Positions 53,187 through 64,000 of a DNA stretch of 64,000 nt are shown here, piece after piece. A program made the position numbers and the translations under genes. The notes beneath the pieces were generated by a model, which saw only the letters and a list, made by a program, of their open reading frames with translations, ran no database searches and was not told the DNA's origin. The stretch is from assembly GCA_951406725.2 (NCBI GenBank), contig OX597815.1, positions 205,220,001-205,284,000 on the forward strand, read 5' to 3'. The first letter of the stretch is position 1, and each line of letters opens with the position of its first letter. The stretch is from Octopus vulgaris (lineage: Eukaryota).

Positions 53187-53706
53187 GGCTGAAAAGACAG
53201 AACAGAACAATTATCAGAAGAATTATAACTGAAGAAATTTTCTCCGAAAAACGTATTTCTTTAGATTTTTAATATCTCAAAGTAAAGAAATTGGTTACTG
53301 CTATTGTATAGCTCTGTTCTACCAAAACCTAAGATCAAAGCATTCTAAGAGACCTACAATCAAAGGGTTCCAGGTGTAAATATTATGTCCTTTTTATTTT
53401 CAATGACATAATATGATTAAGGCTTTTTCTTTTTTTTAAAAACCATTGCAAACAGATCAAAGGAATACATAGAGGCTCCTTCATTGATTTCTAGAAGAAA
53501 CAATGATTGCTTGCTCAAACCCTCAACTCCTGGTGGGAACATAAGGACACCATCTTGACATGATCTGCACCAGTCTTCTCCATCTGTGATGACTGCAGAT
53601 CTCTGCTAATGATTTGCCTGGCCATTTTTTCTTATGTGATTCATGCATCTTTTACTCTGTTTACCGTTCCTTCTGTTGCCTTACTAAGTATACACACACA
53701 CATATA

Positions 53707-53787
53707 TATATGAATGTTGCCATTTCTGGTTCAAGAAATAGCTTTTATCAAGACACTTCCTGAACCAGAAATGGTAACATTCATATA
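53707..53787. repeat. 81-nt hairpin (arms about 31 bp)
   Basis: TATATGAATGTTGCCATTTCTGGTTCAAGAA...TTCCTGAACCAGAAATGGTAACATTCATATA. Confidence 0.85.
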
Positions 53788-55124
53788 AAAACTCTTTACT
53801 CCCTCTTTTACTGGTTTCAGTCATTTGACTGTGGCCATGCTGGAGCCTTTAGTCGAGTAAATCAACCCCAGGACTTTTTCTTTGTAAGCCTAGTACTTAT
53901 TCTATCGGTCTCTTTTGCTGAACCGCTAAGTTACAGGGACGTAAACACACCACTATCGGTTGTCAAGCAATGTTGAGGCGACAAACACAGACACACAAAC
54001 ATATACACACACACATATATATATACTTATATACGATGGGCTTCTTTCAGTTTCCCTCTACCAAATCCACTCACGAGGCTTTGGTCGGCCCGAGGCTATA
54101 GTAGAAGACACTTGCCCAAGGTGCCATGCAGTGGGAATAAACCTGGAACCATATGGTTGGTAAGCAAACTTCTTACCACATAGCCACTCCTGTGCCTACA
54201 TATATATGTGTGTGTGTATACACTATATATATACACATACACACACATTCACTCACACGTATGAAAGGTATTATTCTTAAAGAATGGAAGAGAAATAGTA
54301 CAGGAAAATGCTAAACAACAGAAATTTTCTTCCTGTTCTGAAATCTAGTATAACAAAGAAACAGAGACAGCTAAACAAGAGAGAAAAATAAATTGTATTT
54401 AGTAAGCAAATAACCAAAGAAACTATCAATAATTTAGCTGGATTAGTGATAAGCTATGAAAACAAATTATTATTAGTTAACTTTTAGTTAAATATGCTGA
54501 CACTAACTTAACTATAAAAACGGAAATTTATTTGATATGAAAGCTATCTTTTCAGGATTAATAATTAATTATATATAGCTAATGAGAAGCTGATAGCAAA
54601 ACTGGTTTGAATTTGACCTTATTTTATTCCCTGACTCATGATGTTGATAATCTGTAAATGGGGATTTTTGCTTTCATTAACATTCAATAAAGATTTGATC
54701 TAAGCCAAGAAAACTAATGCTTTTGTTCAAGCCTTTTTTAACAGTGTAATTAAATTTTCATAAATTCGAGAAGATAGAGATGTCTAAGATAAAAGAGTGG
54801 AAAGATTAAATCTCAAGTATTGTAATTAACTTAATGTCCTATTATTCCAAGGTCAGATCCCATAAGTATTGGGTTTGCCCTTCATTTCATTGGAGTTATT
54901 AATTTAATGAGGCTACCAAAATTGTTTCTCTATAATATCACAATTATAACTAAGGAAAAATTTATTTTCAACAGATATTTTACATTTCACAACAAGTAAA
55001 CACTTCTTTACTCTTCAGCATTTAAACCAGTCGTATCAAGCCCCAAATATTCTACCTGTTTTTTGTTCAATCGAACCAGATCTGGAGTTGTTGGTTGTTT
55101 GTCAGAAAATTCTATTACAATTGA

Positions 55125-55420
55125 GTGGTTGTCTACTGTCAACTTAACGTGACAGTCCTGTAAGGGAATTATACCACCGCTGTTTAGCCCTAGGAAGCAT
55201 CAACGCTTCCTGTCGGCCTTGACACATTTCCTGTGTCCTTATATATTTACGAAGGGCAGACAAACACCCCCAACAGCTTGTTTGTCTCCCCTTCGTAAAT
55301 ATATAAGGACACAGGAAATATGTCAAGGCCGACAGGGAGCGTCGATGCTTCCTAGGGCTAAACAGCGGTGGTGTAATTCCCTTACAGGACTGTCACATTA
55401 AGTTGACAGTATACGACCAC
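55125..55420. mobile_element. Palindromic MITE/foldback element (arms about 140 bp)
   Basis: Left arm about 55125-55267 is the reverse complement of about 55279-55420 with scattered mismatches and a short spacer. Internal TA-CTGTCAAC...GTTGACAG-TA. Confidence 0.85.
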
Positions 55421-56985
55421 ACTATCACTCCACCACCGTACATATCTCTATGAGATATTTAGAAATTTAATATTTCTATTATAATTGCTTTACTGGAAAT
55501 ATATAGTACATGAATTCACATTCAGCTTTAAAGGTAAACATTGTCCATCCCTGCTAATGTCATCCAGCACTGCCTGTGCAATCATTGCTTGAAGCATCAC
55601 AAGTAGAGCTATACACTTGAAATTCAATTCTGGCTTTTCAGTAAAGTATTTAGCAAAAATTCTGCTCTTATCAATTAAGCAAAAATGACACTTCAACACT
55701 TTCTTAATGTGATTAGCTAAGTTAGAGGCTAACTAGAACGACACTAAATTATCTTAATGCTGTAATCACTAACATAATTAAGTCATATCTGTATTTTAAT
55801 CTCCTTAATTATTCTCATCTATTTATTTCACTTCTCTGTATACTTTCCTCAGCTGAGATCTCTTCTGACTCAAGTGTGAGGAAGCCAAGTTCTCCGTATC
55901 TCATTCATACTTTTACAATAACCTCCTCTGGTGAATTTATACATGCATTATCTTTCCATAGTTGGATTAACTCCTGCTGAACTCACAACCGCCTAATATA
56001 TATGGAGGATGTTACAACAATGTTGGAAGTATTATGTACCTTATCAGTATTGAGTAACAGATAGTTAATTTGTTGCGTTATTTGTAAGAAGTGTATCCTA
56101 CGTATTTCAAGGTGACTTTCTTTTAAATCAAGCAGAGAGGGAAAGAGTAAAAGAAACAATTTTTTACAAAAGTAGAGGTAGGTGCAGGAGTGGCTGTGTG
56201 GTAAGTAGCTTGCCTACCAACCACATGGTTCCGGGTCCAGTCCCACTGCGTGGCACCTTGGGCAAGTGTCTTCTACTATAGCCTCGGGCCGACCAAAGCC
56301 TTGTGAGTGGATTTGGTAGACGGAAACTGAAAGAAGCCCGTCGTATATATGTATATATATATATGTGCATGTATGTTTGTGTGTCTGTGTCTGTCCCCCT
56401 AGCATTGCTTGACAACCGATGCTGGTGTGTTTACGTCACCATCACTTAGCGGTTTGGCAAAAAGAGACTGATAGAATAAGTACTGGGCTTACAAAGAATA
56501 AGTCCCAGGGTCGAGTTGCTCAACTAAAGGCGGTGCTCCAGAACGGCCGCAGTCAAATGACTGAAACAAGTAAAAGAGTAAAGAGTACACTTTAACTCTA
56601 CTTGCCTTTTCTGTTTTCCACCCTGTACCTCTCAGCCTGATTTAGTATGATCTTGGGGGTCTAGGAATGATTTGAATATACTACTTATCTAATGAATTGA
56701 CTATCTACATTATATTGATAAAGCACAAAAATGCAAAAACGGTCTGTTTAAAGATATGAACCCAGAAGAAATATGAAATATCAAATAAATATAATTTTAT
56801 AAATGAAACGTTTTAAGTAATAGGCGTAGGAGTGGCTGTGTGGTAAGTAGCTTGCTTACCAACCACATGGTTCCGGGTTCAGTCCCACTGTGTGGCACCT
56901 TGGGCAAGTGTCTTCTACTATAGCCTCAGGCTGACCAAAGCCTTGTGAGTGAATTTGGTAGACAGAAACTGAAAGAAGCCCATCG

Positions 56986-57026
<41 letters not shown>

Positions 57027-57591
57027 TGTGTGTTTGTGTGTCTGTGTTGTTCCCCCAACATCACTTGACAACCGATGCTGGTGTGTTTACGTCCCCGTCA
57101 CTTAGCGGTTCGGCAAAAGAGACCGATAGAATAAGTACTAGGCTTACAAAGAATAAGTCTTGGGGGTCGATTTGCTCGACTAAAGGCAGTGCTCCAGCAT
57201 GGCCACAATAAAATGACCGAAACAAGTAAAAGAGTAAAAAGAGAGTAAAGAGTAACTAAAAAAAATAAAATTCACTTCTTCACTTGCTTCCGTCTTCTAC
57301 ATGAATAAAACAAACTGGTTATAAGTAAGCTTATAACATGCATTAAATGCAAATGATATTAAAACTATAATAAATCTCTGAACAGTAACCGCTCGACAAT
57401 GTAAAGTATAATAGCCATCTCAATATGGCTAGCCACTAAGGGTGGGTGTTACTGTAGCTTTTAGCAGTTACTGTTTACATCTCGTTCAGAGATTTATTAT
57501 TGCTTGCAGACAGTTTTTCGAAATCAGTGACGGAAGTTACTAGAAAAACCCATAAGTATTTGCAAACAGGTCTTCCTTTTCATCGTAAACC

Positions 57592-57652
57592 GGTGATTAC
57601 CGTGCGTTGACAAGAGGCAAATACCTCGAAACTGCGGTCCGTGCGTATCACT
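57592..57652 (+). ncRNA. Type I hammerhead ribozyme (U3-A8 core variant)
   Basis: Stem I CGTGCG/CGTGCG plus GGTGAT/ATCACT; core TTGACAA; stem II GAGG-CAAATA-CCTC; GAAA; stem III AC-TGCG-GT; GUC cleavage after 57639. Confidence 0.8.
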
Positions 57653-59614
57653 TAGGCTTAGGAGAGAGGGAAGACCTCCCTTGGCAAATACCATAAGGGC
57701 ACAGATAGTGTGCCTAAAGCCAGCTGGAGACGATGACCTCCTGGGGCTAAAAGCTACAATATTAAAACTAATTAGCTGAAAAGAAGAATAATTCACTCAG
57801 TCACAGCAGCCACTTTTTTTTATGTGAATTATTGGCAAGTAAAATCAACTCTAACAGTTTGCATAACATTTATATTATATAAAACAGTCCACTTCAAACT
57901 AGTATCTAAATATGGAAACTATTTTAAATAGAGTGATTAAACAAAAGAAAATTTTAATATGATTTATAATTACATATCAGTGTAAAAGAAGAAAGTATAT
58001 AAATTAAAACAGTAAAATTAATTTATCTGGTTGACATCAATACTGCTGAGATAAATTACATTCAAACAGTCAAGAAGATAAAAAGTTATTTATGTTAAAA
58101 GTAAAATATGTTGGGAATATTTAAGCTAAGACAATGTTCTAAAACTGATACAAGGCATGTCATGAACAATAACATTTTGATATTATCTCATAATTTAGTA
58201 GCAATTGAGCTGTTATATCAACACTAGAGATGCTTACTTAAACAAAAGGTCAAAAAACTATTTCTGTATGAAGTGGTACAGTAAACTTCTCAGGGACATC
58301 AGATAAAATATTTAAGTGATAATCCAGAAAATGGTCCAATGAAATTTAATATTAATTTTTAATAATAATTGTTATTATCCAAAAATAAAAACAGCATTTA
58401 AAACAATCCCATTTTTGTTTTTCAACTGATTAAAAAATGTTTACAAAAAATATGAGGATTTTTTTTCTCATCTCCCTCTATTATCAAATTTCCTTCTGCT
58501 GCAACGGAAACTTCAGCATTTCTAGCATTTCTAAGTGCAAATTATATTCAGATCATACTTTGCTTTCGGAATAAAAACAAAAACGAAAATAGCAGTTGGC
58601 AATGTGGAGTGGCAGATTGTGGCGTTGTGTGGTGATAATGACTCACTGACCTTGCATTGACCCTCCACTGCTTGGGCTTTAACAAAGAATCTCTATTTAA
58701 AGAAAGGATAAGGAAGAATCAGGCTAAACTTCTCTAATAAACACAGGGTCTGGATGTGTGTATTTTTCACTGCTTAGAAAATTTTTAATACATTTATTAT
58801 GTAAATAAAGGAAGTGCAGTAAATAAGAAACATAGATATAGTATAATGAATAATAAACTCTACAAGCTACTAAATGCAGCATAACAAGCAGTCTGGGCTA
58901 GAAGGAAAAAATTATTCAAAAGTTTTTAAAAATGCATATTCAAAGTGAAAAATAATGTAAATCATATGCCACTAGATTTGTATTATAATTTTCATAAGGG
59001 CTTCCTATTATTCTAGATGCTGTTCAATCTAAATATCTAGAAAGCAGTGCACACAGTGGTTACAGATGTTTAGGCAAACTAAACAAGTCAGTGCAATAAG
59101 TAAGTATATCTAACAGTGTATGCAGTCTAGATGAAAGTGTAAAGTTATATTACCTTAACCATATATATCAGGCAGAGAAGTTGGGGGTAAGTAGATATTG
59201 TGGATGGAGGCTGTTGTGTTTAACCCCTGATTAGCCCAGATCCAGAAGGCTTATTACCAAATGCATTCCGGCCAAAAGCATCACATTTTATTCAGACGCT
59301 GTATTATATTCTGGGATATACTCTTCTATGTGTGTCTCTTTATTTAAACAAATTGAGTGAGATTTGAAGCACTTTTGATTGCTATTTCTGGCAAGTCGAG
59401 CAACTGCTGACACCTCACATTGGCTCATGTAGAAGTCTTATGACTGATTCTTCATCTACACAGAGAACATATGATACAGTTTAACCAGAACATGAGATAT
59501 ATCTAAGGAAATTAGTTCAGTCACATGCAAATTTTGTAGGGTGTGTCCCATGTTATATATTCTATTTGAATTTCAAAAACAGGAGTAAGCAATTACCAAA
59601 ATAAATGCATGCAT

Positions 59615-60340
59615 GCATCCGTCTGTCCATCAGTCTGTCCATCTGTCCATCCATCCATCTGTCCATCCGTCCATCCATCCGTCCATCCATCCGTCCGTCC
59701 ATCCATCCGTCCGTCCATCCATCCGTCCATCCGTCCATCCATCCGTCCGTCCATCCATCCATCCGTCCATCCATCCGTCCGTCCATCCATCCGTCCGTCC
59801 ATCCATCCATCCATACGTCCGTCCATCCATCCATCCGTCCCGTCCATCCGTCCGTCCGTCCATCCATCCGTCCGTCCATCCATCCGTCCGTCCATCCGTC
59901 CGTCCATCCATCCGTCCGTCCATCCATCCGTCCATCCATCCGTCCATCCATCCGTCCATCCGTCCGTCCGTCCATCCATCCGTCCGTCCGTCCATCCATC
60001 CGTCCGTCCGTCCATCCATCCATCCATCCGTCCATCCATCCGTCCGTCCATCCATCCATCCATCCATCCGTCCGTCCGTCCATCCATCCGTCCGTCCGTC
60101 CATCCATCCATCCGTCCGTCCATCCGTCCATCCGTCCGTCCATCCATCCATCCATCCATCCGTCCGTCCATCCATCCGTCCGTCCATCCATCCGTCCATC
60201 CATCCGTCCGTCCATCCATCCGTCCATCCATCCATCCATCCGTCCGTCCGTCCATCCATCCGTCCGTCCGTCCATCCATCCATCCATCCATCCCTTCGTC
60301 CGTCCGTCCGTCCGTCCATCCATCCATCCATCTATCTATC
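59615..60340. repeat. (CCAT/CCGT)n tetranucleotide array
   Basis: Direct reading; the two unit types differ by a CpG/CpA transition. Confidence 0.97.
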
Positions 60341-61035
60341 TAACCCACTACTCCCAAACTTGCTGGCATTGTGCCTAAATCAGAAACCATTATTATTATT
60401 ATTGTTGTAAAGCTATTACATGCTACTTCTGTTTGCAGGGAGGTTGTCTTGAGCTTTGATAACATATCTCTTCGAATCTCAACAGTCACTCTTAAGACTC
60501 CTCCAGAATACAGAATGACTTTTCGCAGTAGGTCAACAATGCATGTCTCAATTCTAAAACCCTTCACCCTCTTATATCATCAATCTGGGAGTTGTGCCAA
60601 GAGGATCAATAACCATAGGAACAATTGACCTTTTTGTCTTCAGCAATCTATCTAGCAAAAGTCCTTATATTTCTCAATTCCTTTGCTATCCCCTCTATTA
60701 TTATATGGTATTGTAAAGTCTATGATCTTACACTGTTTTTTCTTTTTCTTTTCTTTTTTTGCCCTCAACAACCATATCTGGTCTCCTTGCTTCAACAGCA
60801 TGGATATTCTTTATGGAGAAACCCCATAAAATCCTGTAATTATTATTCATTATCACAGCTCCTTGCTCATGCTGATACTTCTGTCCTATCACTTTAAATA
60901 CACACACTTGGCTAACATCTCTGTTACTGACACAGTCCCGCCTGCACTAGTACTCTTTTCATGCTTCTATTATAGCCTCGGGCCGACCAAAGCCTTGTGA
61001 GTGGATTTGGAAGACGGAAAACGAAAGAAGCCCGT

Positions 61036-61154
<119 letters not shown>

Positions 61155-61183
61155 TTTTATATATATATATGTATGTTTTTATT

Positions 61184-61226
<43 letters not shown>

Positions 61227-63170
61227 CTATGTATGTGTGTGTGTGTGTATATGCTTGTGTGTCTGTGTTTGTCCCCCCAATATCGCTTGACAACCGATGC
61301 TGGTGTGTTTATGTCCCCGTAACCTAGCAGTTCTGCAAAACAGACTGATAGAATTAGAACTAGGCTTACAAAGAGTAAATCCTGGGTCGATTTTCTTGAC
61401 TAAAAGGCGGTGCTCCAGCATGGCCGCAGTCAAATAACTGAAACAAGTGAAAGATTAAAAGTTCTTTACTGCTACACCATTTGGCATATCTTTCGTCCAA
61501 TGTTCCTTCTCATTGTTCTGATAAAATCTCCTTTCATTGCTTCTGAGGAGCCTCTCCTGCTGATACTGGTTTAGTCTTTACTGGTTTCTAGTTTCTTTTT
61601 GTTTTCTTTTTTATTACATAATATTGCCATATATATAGGTGCAGGAGTGGCTGTGTGGTAAGTAGCTTGCTAACCAACCACATGGTTCCGGGTTCAGTCC
61701 CACTGCATGGCATCTTGGGCAAGTGTCTTCTGCTATAGCCCCGGGCCGACCAATGCCTTGTGAGTGGATTTGGTAGACGGAAACTGAAAGAAGCCTGTCG
61801 TATATATGTATGTGTGTGTGTGTTTGTGTTTGTCCCCCGAGCATTGCTTGACAACCGATGCTGGTGTGTTTACGTCCCCGTCACTTAGCGGTTCGGCAAA
61901 AGAGACCGATAGAATAAGTACTGGGCTTACAAAGAATAAGTCCCGGGGTCGATTTGCTCGACTAAAGGCGGTGCTCCAGCATGGCCGCAGTCAAATGGTT
62001 GAAACAAGTAAAAGAGTAAAAAGAGAATATCTTTTTTTGTCTTATACCTTGTTTAGTTACAGGTAAGTCTCTGTGTCTAATGTAGTTTCTTTGGAGCTCA
62101 TTCCTATGTCTTTCCTTCAGCACTTTTTCATTCATTTAATTTATCCTTCAAGATCTGAGCTGTTCAACTTGATTTTCAAACCTCCATTTCCAGCAGAGAT
62201 CTTCGTCTCCTACTTTTCCTTGACTTTTAACCTCAAGAATGTCTACTGTAACAGAGACTGCCCCATATATGAGGCCACTAGGAGCTATTATATTTTCAGT
62301 ATAGATTCTCACTAACAGATCAGAGTAATGATCTGTGAAATTTCAGTGGCACGTAAAAAGCACCATCCGTCCATGGCCGTTTGCCAGCTCCGTCTGGCAC
62401 CTGTGCGGGTGGCACGTAAAAAGCACCCACTACACTCTCAGAGTGGTTGGCGTTAGGAAGGGCATCCAGCCGTAGAAACACTGCCAGATTAGACTGGGCC
62501 TGATGCAGCCTTCTGGCTTCACAGACCCCAGTTGAACCGTCCAACCCATGCTAGCATGGAAAGCAGATGCTAAATGATGATGATGATGATGATGATGAGA
62601 TCACCCAGTTTTGTTACTACTTTATGTAATTTTTCACTTTCGATTTTTATCAAGGCTGGTAATCTCTTTCTTTCATAAGTCCATATTTCATTCAGCCATT
62701 GTAATAAGCTCCTTTCTCCTTCTGTGACATCCTTTCCTCCCACAAAGAAAACTGTTTTTTCATCCTGCTTATTATTTCCCTCCAGTTGATTTATTAGGCT
62801 CTTTGCTACCATTTGTTCAATTCTCTTTCTACATAACCATGTTCTTCCACTTATACTGTTTTGGAAATCTCTCCTGACTCCAACTGGGATAGCCACTGTC
62901 TTTTCATGATAAAACTTTTCTGCTTTAGAAATCTTTGTTCTGTGAAAAAGGAATATGCCTGAGGGCAGCAAGCTGGCAGGATTGTTAGCACACCAGGTGA
63001 AATACTTAATGGCATTTCATGTCTTTGCATTCTGAGTTCAAATTTCACCGAGGTCAACTTTGCCTTTCATCCTTTCAGGATTGATAAAATAAGTACAAGT
63101 TGAATACTGTGGGGCCAATGTAATTGACTATCCCTATCCCCCAAATTTCAGGCCTTGTGCCTATAGTAGA

Positions 63171-63211
<41 letters not shown>

Positions 63212-63684
63212 GCAACATCACTGAAGTTTGGAGATGTAGATTTACTTACACTATATTCTTAGCAACAATATCTGTTAGTTTTCCTTCAAACTTTCCTATA
63301 AAAGCACAATGTGTACAAGAGAGTGCTCAATACTGAAAACAGAGTTATATATTATAACTTATTGAAACTGAAATTTCACAAATCATTACTCTGAGCTTTT
63401 CATTCTGAATCATTAAATGATTATGAGAAATGAAACATTAGAAAGATGGTCAAAATACATTAATTTGCATAGATATTCAAGTAACATAATGGAAACATTT
63501 AAATGTCTAGACAAATTTTGAATGATAAAATTGTAACAATTATAGAAAAGGAAGAGGAAGAAAGTAAGTAAAAAAAAATGAAAAAGTTGTATACAGAAGA
63601 ACAAAAATATATATATAAAAATATAGAATATATGAAAAGGTAAATATGAAAGATATAAATTTGGAAATATGCTGTGCTCGATAA

Positions 63685-64000
63685 GACGTGGCAAGCTCAA
63701 GTGAGACCATAACCTTGTGGCCTATGCCAGGGGTGTAACCAGCCCACTTATGCATACCTTTCCTTCATTGGACACTAAACTCTGCTTGCGAAGACCTGTT
63801 GAGACAAGTGAAATCAAAATCGAAAACAAATTCGATGATTGGCATCCGTGCTTGTGGAGCGCTAAGAGTACCATACGAGTGTGATCGTTACCAGAGCAAC
63901 AAGCTGGCCTCCATGCCGGTGGCACATAAAAAGACACCATTCGAGCATGATTGTTACCTGCATCACCTTACTGGCCATTGTGCTGGTGGCACGTGAAAGA
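63685..64000 (+). mobile_element. RTE LINE 3'UTR start, runs off the window
   Basis: GTGAGACCATAACC...CTTATGCATACCTTTCC matches the reverse complement of about 49160-49222. Confidence 0.75.

Noticed and set aside
53187-53210. Upstream start of the 95-aa ORF (MFCSVFSA...)
   Set aside because: Non-ATG start inside the polypyrimidine tract; the ATG at 53186 follows the acceptor and is in good context.
62600-62970. 133-aa minus-strand ORF as a host exon
   Set aside because: No recognisable domain or convincing splice sites, and it is bounded by repeats. More likely an old LINE fragment, which I cannot classify.

Overview
Eukaryotic, AT-rich, repeat-dense genomic DNA. The SINE and LINE families and the microsatellite load point to an octopus or other coleoid cephalopod (inference). 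The window contains: (1) a complete 7-coding-exon FAAH2-type amidase gene on the minus strand (53186 to 35107, about 530 aa, catalytic Lys/Ser/Ser motifs intact, all introns GT-AG and in phase); (2) the last coding exon of a plus-strand Orange-domain (Hey/Hes/cwo-like) gene at 8251-9047; (3) a tRNA-Leu(CAG) gene at 22756-22839; (4) many mobile elements: three groups of tRNA-derived SINEs, about 20 5'-truncated copies of an RTE LINE, R4/Dong-like and CR1/Jockey-like fragments, a non-autonomous LTR element with an internal foldback, a solo LTR, a Helitron, hAT and Merlin transposase relics, and piggyBac-like and palindromic MITEs. The most unexpected signal is a set of unrelated hammerhead-ribozyme motifs (4313, 13675, 50150, 57592). 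The best one has a compensatory U3-A8 core and sits at the tip of a long self-complementary, retrozyme-like unit. There is also a 6 x 52-bp array carrying near-consensus estrogen-response elements and CCAAT boxes. Most ORFs in the supplied track are microsatellite or SINE artefacts. All structures and motif matches were read by eye; no database search or folding program was run, and repeat boundaries are approximate.
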